64,000 nt of DNA from Desulfobacterales bacterium (GTDB taxonomy: Bacteria; Desulfobacterota; Desulfobacteria; Desulfobacterales; UBA2245): positions 62,001 to 126,000 of the forward strand of contig JAXGZF010000010.1 in assembly GCA_040771865.1 (NCBI GenBank), given 5' to 3'. How positions within the stretch are numbered: the stretch's first letter is position 1; the number at the start of each line of letters is the position of its first letter. Shown here piece by piece: positions 38,011-48,048 of the stretch. The position numbers and the translations under genes are program-made. Under the pieces are notes generated by a model. It saw only the letters and a list, made by a program, of their open reading frames with translations, ran no database searches and was not told where the DNA came from.

Positions 38011-38397
38011 TCAAACTTTCTCCTTTCTCGGGTTAGAGCTTTGACGCCGTATTATTTGCATACATGTTTCCTTTAAGATGGACCGATTATAACGTAGCCG
38101 GTATCCTCATATTTTTATCAATGTGTCAAATTGTTAATTATAATGCATTAAAGATAACTCATTTTTAAAAACTATTAATTAAAGTGTTAAGTACATTGGC
38201 ACAAAAAAAAGAATCAAAAAGATAGATATCGAAGCGAATAAGTGTTTTTATCCTTAAAGGTTTTATGCTATATTCCCCCTCGCCGTACGGGCTGAAAGCG
38301 GTGTTTTGCGAAATTTTAAAATAACTCCGCTTGCCGATAGACAGCGGCGCTTTCTGTCGGACAGATTCCTATTTCGGACAAAGGATGCCGGAAATAT

Positions 38398-39720
38398 ATG
38401 CCAAGCAAATGCGTTCTGATTCTTCTGGATGGTCTGGGCGACCGCAGCTATGAACAGCTTCTGCATCAGACCCCGCTGCAGGCGGCCCGAACCCCTGCCC
38501 TGGATTATCTGGCGGAAATGGGCGCCAGCGGTCTTTACCACGCTTCCCTGGTGGGTCAGGCCCTGCCCAGTGAAAATGCCCATTTCGCGATGTTTGGCTA
38601 CGAAAAAGACGAATTTCCCGGCCGGGGCGCTCTGGAGGCTTTAGGTGCCGGAATCGATCTGAATCCTGAGGATGTTGCCGTGCTTGCCCATTTCGTCAGC
38701 GTGCGCGAGTCGAAAGGGTCCCTCGTTCTGGTAAAGGATCGACCGGTTGCCTCCGAGGATGAGATCGTTGCGCTGTTTAAGGCAGTGGAAGCATATGAAG
38801 AAGGCGGCGTGAACGTCCGTTTTATTCGAACAAAAAAAATGGACGGAATCATCATGCTTCAGGGAAATGTGGCACCCTTTGTGACCGATTCGGATTCCAT
38901 CAGAAAAGGCGCCCCGCTTGTGGAAATCAAACCATGGACGGATTACCGCCAGGATGCCGCTTCCTGCAATACGGCCAGGGCTTTAAAGAGTTATCTGGTT
39001 TACAGCTACAGGAAGTTGAAGAACCATCCGGTGAATAAACTTCGAGCTAAAAAAGGACTGCCCCCTGTCAACGCGATTGCCACACAACGCGCCGGCCGTT
39101 TGAAAACAGTGGTTCCTTTTGCCCGGAAGTACGGTCTTCGCGGACTTTCCATCGCATCTTCATTCGTCTACTGGGGCCTTTCCGCATATATCGGCCTGGA
39201 TTGCATAAAGGCGGCAGATACGCAAGATCCGGGCAAAGATATTGCCCGGCGTCTGGCCATTGCCCGCAAGGCCCTGAAAACCTATGACTTTATACACGTT
39301 CATACCAAGGCGCCGGACGAGGCGGCGCACAAAAAGGATCCGGTGGAAAAAAAACGGGTCATCGAATCCCTGGACAGGGGTATCGGAGAGGCAATCGAAC
39401 CGCTGATGAATGATCCCGAGGTGCTGATCGTGGCTACGGCCGATCATTGCACGCCAAGCGAGGAACCGCTGATTCACTCGGGCGAGACGGTGCCGCTGAC
39501 TTTTTTCGGCCGGGGCATACGGCGGGACCGTGTGAACAGATTCGACGAAATCAGCGCCGCGAACGGTGCCCTGGGGTGTCTTCGGGGAAAGGAATTCACC
39601 TACCTGATTCTCAATCACCTGGAACGGGCAAAACTCCACGGCATTATGGACACGCCGAATGATCAGCCGTTCTGGCCCGGCCATTATGAGCCGTTCAAAA
39701 TCGAACAGGACAGGAAATGA
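38398..39720 (+). CDS. Cofactor-independent phosphoglycerate-mutase-like (ApgM/alkaline phosphatase superfamily) metalloenzyme
   Basis: LLDGLGD, TPLQAARTP, PSENAH (Ser nucleophile), GRGALEALG, HTKAPDEAAH, TADH, H-S-G. Confidence 0.85.
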   Translation: MPSKCVLILLDGLGDRSYEQLLHQTPLQAARTPALDYLAEMGASGLYHASLVGQALPSENAHFAMFGYEKDEFPGRGALEALGAGIDLNPEDVAVLAHFVSVRESKGSLVLVKDRPVASEDEIVALFKAVEAYEEGGVNVRFIRTKKMDGIIMLQGNVAPFVTDSDSIRKGAPLVEIKPWTDYRQDAASCNTARALKSYLVYSYRKLKNHPVNKLRAKKGLPPVNAIATQRAGRLKTVVPFARKYGLRGLSIASSFVYWGLSAYIGLDCIKAADTQDPGKDIARRLAIARKALKTYDFIHVHTKAPDEAAHKKDPVEKKRVIESLDRGIGEAIEPLMNDPEVLIVATADHCTPSEEPLIHSGETVPLTFFGRGIRRDRVNRFDEISAANGALGCLRGKEFTYLILNHLERAKLHGIMDTPNDQPFWPGHYEPFKIEQDRK

Positions 39721-40307
39721 CAAACACGGTGCCAGAAAATGAAACCGGCGTGATTCACGGACGGTTTCAGGTGGTTCACAACGACCATGTGAGATACCTT
39801 CTGGCCGGCAAGAGGCTTTGCCGGCATCTCGTCGTGGGCATCACCAACCCCGATCCTCTGCTGACCCGCAATGAGGATTCGGATTTAAAAAGAAGCGGCC
39901 CTCTGGCCAATCCATTAACCTATTACGAACGGTATATTCTCATTCGATCGACACTGGCCGAATCCGGTCTGAATCCTGATGAATTCTCCGTGGTGCCGCT
40001 GCCGATCAGTCTGCCGGAACTGTATCAATATTATGTTCCCATGGACGCCGTTTTTTATCTGTCGATTTACGATGAATGGGGAAGACGAAAACTTGGCTAC
40101 TTTCAGTCTCTGGGGCTTAAGACCCATGTCCTGCGGAATGTGCCGATAGCGGAAAAGGGCATCAGCGGCAGCGATGTCCGAAACCGGATGCTCATGGGAG
40201 AACCCTGGGAGCACCTGGTTCCGCAGGCGGTCAGCGCGCTTCTGAAACATTGGGATATTCCGGCACGGCTCAGAAAAATTCGGGAAATTCAGATGCTCCG
40301 GCAATAA
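39717..40307 (+). CDS. Cytidylyltransferase-like (HxGH-superfamily) nucleotidyltransferase
   Basis: HGRFQVVHNDH, VVGITNPD, NPLTYYER, ISGSDVR, WEHLVP. Confidence 0.82.
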   Translation: MTNTVPENETGVIHGRFQVVHNDHVRYLLAGKRLCRHLVVGITNPDPLLTRNEDSDLKRSGPLANPLTYYERYILIRSTLAESGLNPDEFSVVPLPISLPELYQYYVPMDAVFYLSIYDEWGRRKLGYFQSLGLKTHVLRNVPIAEKGISGSDVRNRMLMGEPWEHLVPQAVSALLKHWDIPARLRKIREIQMLRQ

Positions 40308-40381
40308 TCGTAGCCAAGGATACTGTTTGATCAACTCGAAGCAATCGAATTGTTGTTAAATTTAATCATAAGGAGACAACC

Positions 40382-40996
40382 ATGTCGAATACAGTGGATA
40401 CAAGAGGACTTGCCTGCCCCCAACCGGTCATCATGACGAAAATGGCGCTTGATACGGATGAGCATATCATCGTGATCGTCGATAATCCCGCGGCCAGAGA
40501 GAATGTATGCCGTCTGGCGAAAAGCAAGGGATGTGAGCTCAAGGTTGAAGAAAAGCCGGATGGAATCTATATCTCTATTTTTTCAGACGACTCGAAAGTC
40601 AAAGAAGCTGAGAGCCCGGCCGGCATAGACGACCCGGTCGGAGATGCGGATCGGAAAACAGGCCCTCTGGTCGTCACCATTCAGGAGAACCGAATGGGAA
40701 GAGGCAATGATGAGCTGGGCTACGTTTTGATCAAAAGCTTTCTCCACACCCTGGGCGAGGTCCGTCCTTCTCCCGACGTCATGATTTTCTTCAACACGGG
40801 CGTCAAGCTCTGCGTAAAAGGATCGGATGTGGTTGATGATTTGAAGCATCTTCAGGAAACAGGGATCAAAATACTCGTGTGCGGAACCTGCCTGAATTTT
40901 TTCGGACTGATGAACGACCTGGAGGCAGGGATGATTTCCAATATGTACGATATCAGCGAGACCCTGCTTTCGGCCGGAAAAATCGTGACCGTCTGA
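40382..40996 (+). CDS. yedF: Sulfurtransferase-like selenium metabolism protein YedF (TusA + DsrE-like domains)
   Basis: DTRGLACPQPVI, MGRGNDELG, FNTGVKL, ILVCGTCL, ISNMYDI. Confidence 0.85.
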   Translation: MSNTVDTRGLACPQPVIMTKMALDTDEHIIVIVDNPAARENVCRLAKSKGCELKVEEKPDGIYISIFSDDSKVKEAESPAGIDDPVGDADRKTGPLVVTIQENRMGRGNDELGYVLIKSFLHTLGEVRPSPDVMIFFNTGVKLCVKGSDVVDDLKHLQETGIKILVCGTCLNFFGLMNDLEAGMISNMYDISETLLSAGKIVTV

Positions 40997-41364
40997 ACGA
41001 TTCGAAGCCACAGTGTACAACCTTTTCCCTTGCTTCCATGTATCGCATGTTTTGCGTTGACCTGTTTCATCGGATGGTCGAAATCCTTTGTGGCCGAACG
41101 CTCGAAATTCTGATAATAGAAAATAAACGAAATTTCGACAGCGGGAAGAGAACTCCTCGACAAAGCAAGGAAGCATCATGGAAGACGCGGGCGCAATGAT
41201 AGCCTTTGGCGGCATTTTTCTGGGAATCTATTTTATTGTCAAGGCAGTGGCACAGTTTCATTCGATGCGGCGCGTAAACCCGGCCCAGGGTGCTGCGGGC
41301 AGCCAGGATGTGAGTCCCTCAAAAACATCCGATGATGAACCCGGCTCATAGAAGATAACCGACA

Positions 41365-42591
41365 ATGTCGTTTGAAACTTTTATCGCAGGCCGTTATCTT
41401 CGGGCAAAACACAAACAGGTATTCATCTCTCTGATCAATTTTCTGTCGATCGCCGGAGTGACCGTGGGCGTGATGACCCTGATTGCGGTGATTGCCGTGA
41501 TGACCGGATCGGATTTTGAGCTCAGGGCCCGAATACTGGGCATTCAACCCCATGTGCTGATGATGCGCCACGGAGGCGCTTTTTCCGACTACAGGCCCGT
41601 CATCGAAACCATCCGTAAAATGGATGGGGTCAAAAATGCAGCCCCTTTTGCCTACGCCCAGGTGATGCTCCGGTCGGCGTCCGGCATTGAGGGGGCGGTT
41701 CTCAAAGGCATTCTTCCGGAATCTTCCGACATTCTGATTTATAAAACAGCGCTGAAATCTCTGAATTCAACGCCGGGCGGACGTGAAGCCGGAACCGGCA
41801 ATATTCCAGGCATTGTGCTTGGAAAGGAGCTTGCCGAAAAACTCGGCGTCGGAACCGGGCAGCTCGTGGATCTGATCACTCCTTCGGGCATGTCGTCCGC
41901 TTCCCGCCTTCCGACGATCCGGCGACTGGAAGTTCGCGACACCGTTGATACCGGCATGTACGAATATGACAGCACATTCGGCTATGTATCTCTGGAGACG
42001 GCCCAGAAGATTTTGGGAATGGGCGAGGCGGTTACCGGCATCGAGATACAGGTTGACGATGTTTACAACGCCGATGCTGTCTCCGAGCGAATCGACGCTG
42101 CCAACGGATTCCCCTACTGGACGGTCGACTGGATGCAGCGCAACCGCAACATCTTCACCTCTCTGAAGATTCAGAAAGCCGTCATGTTCGTCATATTCTC
42201 ACTGATCATACTGGTGGCCGGATTCAGCATCACCAGCGCCCTGATCATGTCGGTGATTGAAAAGACCCGGGATATTTCCATTCTCAAAGCCATGGGCGCG
42301 TCTAACCGAAGCATTCGAAAAATATTCATGCTCAAGGGAATGGCGATCGGTGCGCTGGGAACCGGTCTAGGAATAGTGCTGGGTTTCGTGCTCTGCGAGG
42401 CGCTCGGCCGATACCAGTTCGTGGAGCTTCCCAAGGACGTGTACTTCTTTTCCACCCTGCCCGTTCGCATCGAAACTCTCGACGTGCTGTCCATTGCGGG
42501 CGCGGCTTTCCTGATCTGTCTGCTGGCCTCGCTTTATCCCGCCATTCGGGCCTCCCGGCTCAATCCCGTGGACGGGATTCGAAATCGGTAA
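41365..42591 (+). CDS. lolE: Lipoprotein-releasing ABC transporter permease LolC/E
   Basis: FIAGRYLR…FISLI, GMYEYD, DWMQRN, EKTRDISILKAMGA, LYPA.RA..LNPV. Confidence 0.88.
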   Translation: MSFETFIAGRYLRAKHKQVFISLINFLSIAGVTVGVMTLIAVIAVMTGSDFELRARILGIQPHVLMMRHGGAFSDYRPVIETIRKMDGVKNAAPFAYAQVMLRSASGIEGAVLKGILPESSDILIYKTALKSLNSTPGGREAGTGNIPGIVLGKELAEKLGVGTGQLVDLITPSGMSSASRLPTIRRLEVRDTVDTGMYEYDSTFGYVSLETAQKILGMGEAVTGIEIQVDDVYNADAVSERIDAANGFPYWTVDWMQRNRNIFTSLKIQKAVMFVIFSLIILVAGFSITSALIMSVIEKTRDISILKAMGASNRSIRKIFMLKGMAIGALGTGLGIVLGFVLCEALGRYQFVELPKDVYFFSTLPVRIETLDVLSIAGAAFLICLLASLYPAIRASRLNPVDGIRNR

Positions 42592-42845
42592 GAAAAAAGT
42601 CATGAATTCCTTTTTTCATGTTTATTGAATTTGTGGATTTCATCTACGGGTACTGAAGAAAAACCCCATGCCCTTGTTGACAAGCACGGTAGAATAGTAC
42701 AAATTTTAAATCGGATTCATAAAGAATGCCGTATTGCATCGATTACGGATTCAATTCCGGCCTGCCTCGGCGTTTCTCAGACCCCAAAAGGCAGATGATG
42801 CATATCGAACCAGCGAGTCTAAAGCCCCTTATTGGAGAGCCTGTG

Positions 42846-44483
42846 ATGGAAAAAGAAAAACGAGTGTCGCCAGATCCAAGCGTCCGTAATACGGCCAATT
42901 CGGACGATATCGCCGAAGATGAAAAATCCCCGCTCTGGGCTACTCAGGAAAACCTGATACGATTGCAGAACATGCGTGATGAGGCGTTTCTGGGCGGCGG
43001 AACCGGTCGAATTAAGGAACAGCATACCAAGGGAAAACTTACCGCGCGCGAGCGGGTTGACGTGCTGCTGGATGAGGGTTCGTTTGAAGAATTCGATACG
43101 CTGAAATCCGGCCGGGGCGGGCATCTGGGGGATGACAAGTCCTACCTGACAGACGGCGTCATCACCGGACATGGGACCATCGACGGCAGAGAGGTCTTTA
43201 TCTTCAGCCAGGACTTTACCGTGCTGGGCGGCTCTCTGGGTGAGGCTCATTCCGAGAAGATCTGCAAGGTCATGGATCATGCCGTCCGCGTGGGAGCGCC
43301 GGTAATCGGCCTCAACGACTCGGGCGGCGCAAGAATTCAGGAAGGCGTGGATGCCCTGGCATCGTACGGTCAGATTTTCAACCGCAACGTCATGGCCAGC
43401 GGCGTGATACCTCAGATTTCCTGCATCATGGGACCCTGCGCCGGCGGAGCGGTGTACAGCCCGTCCATGACGGATTTCACCTTCATGGTGGACCACACCT
43501 CGTATATGTTCGTCACCGGACCCAACGTGGTCAAGACCATCATTCATCAGGACATCAGCTTTGAAGACCTTGGCGGCCCCCGAATGCATGCTGAAAAAAG
43601 CGGGGTGGCGCATTTCGTGATGCCCAACGACATTCTGTGTCTTCGAGAAATTCGAAGGCTGATCAATTATCTTCCCTCCAACAACCGCCACAAGCCGCCT
43701 ATTCTGGATCTTCGGGACCCGGTGGACCGAACCGATCCGGTTCTGGATTATCTGGTTCCGGCAAACCCCAATCAACCTTACGATATGAAAGTTCTGGTTC
43801 ACAGCATACTGGACGGCGCCGAATTCATGGAAGTGCATTCCTCCTTCGCCCGCAACATAATCGTCGGCTTCGGACGGCTGGGCGGCGAGACGATCGGCCT
43901 GATCGCCAACCAGCCCGCGGTTCTGGCCGGCGTTCTGGACAACGACGCGTCGGTCAAGGGTGCTCGGTTTGTACGATTCTGCGATACCTTCAACATTCCG
44001 ATTATATGCCTGGTGGACGTTCCCGGATTCATGCCCGGACCGCAGCAGGAACACGGCGGCATCATCCGCCACGGCGCCAAGCTGCTCTATGCGTTTATCG
44101 AAGCCACTGTTCCCCGGATTACCGTCATTGTCCGAAAAGCTTACGGCGGCGCCTACATCGTGATGAACTCCAAGCATATCGGCGCGGACATCAACTATGC
44201 ATGGCCGACGGCCGAAATTGCGGTTCTGGGTCCGAGGGGAGCGGCGGAGGTGATTTTCCGCAGGGAAGTTCAGGAGGCATCCGATCCTTCGGCCGTGCTC
44301 AGGGAAAAGGAGGAATCCTACCGTCAGACCTTCTGCAACCCTTTTATCGCAGCCAAAAAGGGATATATCGATGACGTTGTCTTTCCAAGAAACACCCGCG
44401 GCCGTCTCATTCGAAGTCTTCAGGTCCTGGAAACCAAAAAATCCCTTAAACCCGAACGCAAACACGGAAACATTCCCCTGTGA
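42846..44483 (+). CDS. pccB: Acyl-CoA carboxylase carboxyltransferase subunit (PccB/MmdA-like)
   Basis: GKLTARER, QDFTVLGGSLGE, DSGGARIQEG, GPCAGGAVYSP, KAYGGA, KHGNIPL. Confidence 0.9.
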   Translation: MEKEKRVSPDPSVRNTANSDDIAEDEKSPLWATQENLIRLQNMRDEAFLGGGTGRIKEQHTKGKLTARERVDVLLDEGSFEEFDTLKSGRGGHLGDDKSYLTDGVITGHGTIDGREVFIFSQDFTVLGGSLGEAHSEKICKVMDHAVRVGAPVIGLNDSGGARIQEGVDALASYGQIFNRNVMASGVIPQISCIMGPCAGGAVYSPSMTDFTFMVDHTSYMFVTGPNVVKTIIHQDISFEDLGGPRMHAEKSGVAHFVMPNDILCLREIRRLINYLPSNNRHKPPILDLRDPVDRTDPVLDYLVPANPNQPYDMKVLVHSILDGAEFMEVHSSFARNIIVGFGRLGGETIGLIANQPAVLAGVLDNDASVKGARFVRFCDTFNIPIICLVDVPGFMPGPQQEHGGIIRHGAKLLYAFIEATVPRITVIVRKAYGGAYIVMNSKHIGADINYAWPTAEIAVLGPRGAAEVIFRREVQEASDPSAVLREKEESYRQTFCNPFIAAKKGYIDDVVFPRNTRGRLIRSLQVLETKKSLKPERKHGNIPL

Positions 44484-44492
44484 GGTGACGAC

Positions 44493-46502
44493 ATGTTTGA
44501 CAAGGTTCTGATTGCCAATCGATCTGAAATCGCCCTTCGCATCATTCGAACCTGCAGACGCATGGGGATCAGCACGGTGGCCGTGTTCTCCGAGGTGGAT
44601 TCTAGATCGCCGTATGTGGAAGAAGCGGATGAAACCGTGTTTATCGGCGCGGCCCGGGCCCAGGAATCCTTTTTGAATCAAAAGAAGATTCTGGCGGCCG
44701 CCCTTTCCCGAAAATGTCAGGCCATTCACCCGGGGTATGGTTTTTTGTCCGAAAACGCCGAGTTTGCAAAACGGGTGGCTGATGCCGGCTTGAGCTTTAT
44801 CGGCCCCCCTGCCGAGGCGATCGCCCGGCTGGGAGACAAGGTGCAGGCCAAGCACCTGGCGATCAAGGCAGGCGTTCCGGTGGTGCCGGGCCATGCCGAA
44901 CCCCTGGAAGACGTTGAATACGCAAAACAAATCGCCGAAAAGATCGGCTTTCCCATTCTGCTGAAACCCGCTGCGGGCGGAGGCGGACGTGGAATGCGCA
45001 TCGTCCGGAAAGAAGAGGATCTGGCTTCGGCATTTTCCGCCTGCCGGGAAGAGGCCAGGAAGGGGTTTGCCGATGACCGCCTGTTTTTAGAGCGTTTTAT
45101 CGAACGTCCCCGTCATATTGAATTCCAGATTATGGCCGACAGCTTCGGCAATGTGATTCATTTAGGAGAGCGGGAATGCTCCGTGCAGCGCCGCTATCAG
45201 AAGCTGGTGGAAGAAACCCCCTCCGTGGTTCTGGATGAGGTCCAGCGTCGAAAAATGGGCGAAATTGCCTGCCTTCTGGCCAAGGAAGCCGGTTTTGTCA
45301 ATGCAGGCACAGTGGAATTTATTCTGGATGCGGACAAAAACTGTTATTTCCTTGAAATGAACACCCGGCTTCAGGTGGAGCACCCGGTCACCGAAATGGT
45401 TACATCTCTGGATCTGGTGGAGCTGCAGCTTCGCATTGCCGCCGGAGAAGTACTTCCCCTCAAACAGGAGGACGTGCGGATCAAGGGATGGGCTATCGAG
45501 GCTCGCATCTGCGCTGAGGATCCTTTCCGGAATTTTTTGCCGACCACCGGCATCATCAGCCGGTATTCCGAACCCCGGGTTCGAAACGTTCGGATCGACA
45601 GCGGGGTTACGCCCGGCAGTGTAGTGACCATATACTACGATTCTCTTCTGGCCAAGGTGATCGCCTGGGGAAACAACCGGAACGAGGCCGTCGACACGCT
45701 GGTACGGGGCCTGAACGGCTTTCATATTGTGGGATTGACGACCAACGTGGACTTCGTCAATTCCGTTCTCAACCATTCGGCCTTTATCCGTGGAGAACTT
45801 TCCACGAATTTCATAGACGAGCATTTCGAAAATGGCCGCAGCAAGATTCCGCCATCGACCGAAACCCTTCACTACATGGCAATGGCCGCCGTCCTGGTTT
45901 TTCACAACCGTCAGCGTCTGATGCGCGATTCGCTTAAATCCATGAGTCCGATTGTGGGCAGGACTCAGGTGCCTAAGAAAGAGCATGTTTATATCGTTCG
46001 TGGCGAAAAAAACGTATTTGAGGTCAAACTTCTGAAAACAGACGAACCCCGACACTGGCGGATCAGAATCAACCGGAAAAGCTACGAGGTAACAGTTCCG
46101 GATTTCGAGTTTTTCCGAAGGCGCCTGAAACTCAATATTGACGGTAAATCCCACATGTTCCGCCTTCGCTATCAGGATGCCCACATCATGACGTTTTTCC
46201 GGGGAACCGTACGTACGGTCGAGATTTACACTTTACGGGAATGGCGGCTGAGCCATTACATGCTCCGCGACAAGAAAGCAGCGGCCGACAACGTATTGAA
46301 ATGCCCCATGCCCGGGCTTGTGACGGCGGTCTGCGTGAAAAAGGGAGACGTCGTTCACCGGGGAGACGAGGTGCTTCGCATGGAATCCATGAAAATGGAA
46401 AGCGGCATTGCCGCGCCCTGCGACGGGATGGTCGAGAATATTCTGGTTCAGCCCGGACAGACCGTGGAAAGCGACGAGGTGCTCATCACATTCAAGCTGT
46501 AA
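44493..46502 (+). CDS. pccA: Acyl-CoA carboxylase alpha subunit (biotin carboxylase + BCCP)
   Basis: LIANRSEIA, HPGYGFLSEN, GGGGRGMR, ERECSVQRR, EMNTRLQVEH, ESMKME biotinylation site. Confidence 0.9.
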   Translation: MFDKVLIANRSEIALRIIRTCRRMGISTVAVFSEVDSRSPYVEEADETVFIGAARAQESFLNQKKILAAALSRKCQAIHPGYGFLSENAEFAKRVADAGLSFIGPPAEAIARLGDKVQAKHLAIKAGVPVVPGHAEPLEDVEYAKQIAEKIGFPILLKPAAGGGGRGMRIVRKEEDLASAFSACREEARKGFADDRLFLERFIERPRHIEFQIMADSFGNVIHLGERECSVQRRYQKLVEETPSVVLDEVQRRKMGEIACLLAKEAGFVNAGTVEFILDADKNCYFLEMNTRLQVEHPVTEMVTSLDLVELQLRIAAGEVLPLKQEDVRIKGWAIEARICAEDPFRNFLPTTGIISRYSEPRVRNVRIDSGVTPGSVVTIYYDSLLAKVIAWGNNRNEAVDTLVRGLNGFHIVGLTTNVDFVNSVLNHSAFIRGELSTNFIDEHFENGRSKIPPSTETLHYMAMAAVLVFHNRQRLMRDSLKSMSPIVGRTQVPKKEHVYIVRGEKNVFEVKLLKTDEPRHWRIRINRKSYEVTVPDFEFFRRRLKLNIDGKSHMFRLRYQDAHIMTFFRGTVRTVEIYTLREWRLSHYMLRDKKAAADNVLKCPMPGLVTAVCVKKGDVVHRGDEVLRMESMKMESGIAAPCDGMVENILVQPGQTVESDEVLITFKL

Positions 46503-46504
46503 TC

Positions 46505-47821
46505 ATGAACGATCAAACCGGCAAACATGTGGCTCATATTGCCACCATTCTGGACAGTGTGGCCGACGGCGTATTCACCGTTGACGAAAGCATGCGCATC
46601 ACCTCGTTCAACCGGGCCGCCGAAGAAATCACCGGTTTTTCAAGGAACGAGGCCATGGGTCAGCGCTGTTGTGAAATATTCCGCACCGATGTATGCTTTT
46701 CCGCCTGCCCGGTTCAGGAAGCCCTGAAGACCGGTCGGGATGTGACCAACCGGGAAGTGAATGTGCTGGATCGACGGAACCGTGAAATTCCCATATCGGT
46801 CAATGCGTCGGCATTGCGCGATGCGGACGGACGGACGGCCGGCGGCGTGGAAACCTTTCGGGACCTTTCTCAACTTCGCGCCCTGACGCGGGAGATGGAA
46901 CAAAAATATACCTTCCATAACCTGGTCAGCCGCAATCCGGCCATGCGCAAGCTTTTCGACATACTGCCGGATGTCGCGGCCAGCGACGTTGCGGTCCTGA
47001 TTCAGGGCGACAGCGGCACCGGCAAGGAATTGTTTGCCCGGGCCATTCACAATCTAAGTCCCAGAAAAGACAAGCCGCTGGTGGTGGTCAACTGCGGCGC
47101 CCTTCCCGAGCCGCTGCTGGAGGCGGAGATTTTCGGCGCCAAACGCGGCGCGTACACCGGAGCGTTGAATGACCGGCCCGGACGCCTGGAAATGGCCGAA
47201 GGCGGCACTTTTTTCCTCGACGAAATCGGAGATTTGCCTCTCGCTCTTCAGGTCAAACTGCTCCGCGTGATCGAAAATCACGAATATCAGCCTCTGGGCG
47301 CCAAGCGTTCTATAAAAGCCGATGTACGGTTTGTGGCCGCCACTCACCGGGATCTGGAACAGATGGTGCGGGCCGGTAATTTCCGGCAGGATCTGTTTTT
47401 CCGCCTGAACGTCATTGCCTTGAAGATCCCTCCCCTGTCCGCTCGAAGTGAGGACATTCCCCTGCTGCTGGACCTGGCCCTTGAAAGGTTCAATGCCAAA
47501 TACGGCAAAAAAATCCGCGGATTTTCCAGGGATGCGCTGAGCTTTCTCCTGAATCACGCCTATCCCGGAAATGTGCGGGAATTGCTGAACCTTGTGGAGC
47601 GGGCGGTCATTCTGAGCCACGAGGCCATGATCGGCGTCAAGGATTTCCCCGCCATTTCCCGCGACCTCTCCCCGCACTCGATCCGGGCCGAGGCTCAGAA
47701 GCCCTCCAGAAAGGATCTGCAACAGATTTTGGAACAATACGGAGGAAATCGCGCACTAGCCGCTCGATCCCTGAGGATCCATCGCACCACGTTGTGGCGA
47801 TGGATGAAGACATTGGATTGA
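46505..47821 (+). CDS. PAS-domain sigma54-dependent activator (OrpR-like)
   Basis: PAS domain; GDSGTGKE, GAYTGA, FLDEIG, FRQDLFFRL, PGNVREL; Fis-type HTH. Confidence 0.9.
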   Translation: MNDQTGKHVAHIATILDSVADGVFTVDESMRITSFNRAAEEITGFSRNEAMGQRCCEIFRTDVCFSACPVQEALKTGRDVTNREVNVLDRRNREIPISVNASALRDADGRTAGGVETFRDLSQLRALTREMEQKYTFHNLVSRNPAMRKLFDILPDVAASDVAVLIQGDSGTGKELFARAIHNLSPRKDKPLVVVNCGALPEPLLEAEIFGAKRGAYTGALNDRPGRLEMAEGGTFFLDEIGDLPLALQVKLLRVIENHEYQPLGAKRSIKADVRFVAATHRDLEQMVRAGNFRQDLFFRLNVIALKIPPLSARSEDIPLLLDLALERFNAKYGKKIRGFSRDALSFLLNHAYPGNVRELLNLVERAVILSHEAMIGVKDFPAISRDLSPHSIRAEAQKPSRKDLQQILEQYGGNRALAARSLRIHRTTLWRWMKTLD

Positions 47822-47847
47822 AAAAACGCTTCATGTGTTTCAAGTAT

Positions 47848-47955
47848 CGTTGCAAATAAAACGCTTTTGCAACAAATGCAAATTCCCTCCTGATTCAAGG
47901 ACATCGTTCTCGCCCCATCCCGCCATGTGTTGCAGATGCATCATGAAATGCAACA
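47848..47955. promoter_or_regulatory. Two palindromic enhancer-like sites (GTTGCA-N13/14-TGCAAC)
   Basis: CGTTGCA-N13-TGCAACA at 47848-47874 and TGTTGCA-N14-TGCAACA at 47928-47955, between the sigma54 activator and the Orp-like genes. Confidence 0.6.
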
Positions 47956-48048
47956 TCAATCAGGTTGAATTCAACATCTTCGAATTAAATTAATCTTCAA
48001 TTTAATAAATATGTTCCGGATGTTATATCATCCGATACTTTATGCGGC

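Noticed and set aside
38033..38065. Tiny uORF MYANNTASKL* upstream of the 627-aa rhodanese (and MKIRHENSTT* upstream of the seleno-rhodanese)
   Set aside because: No UGA/SECIS, no shared sequence and no supporting structure.
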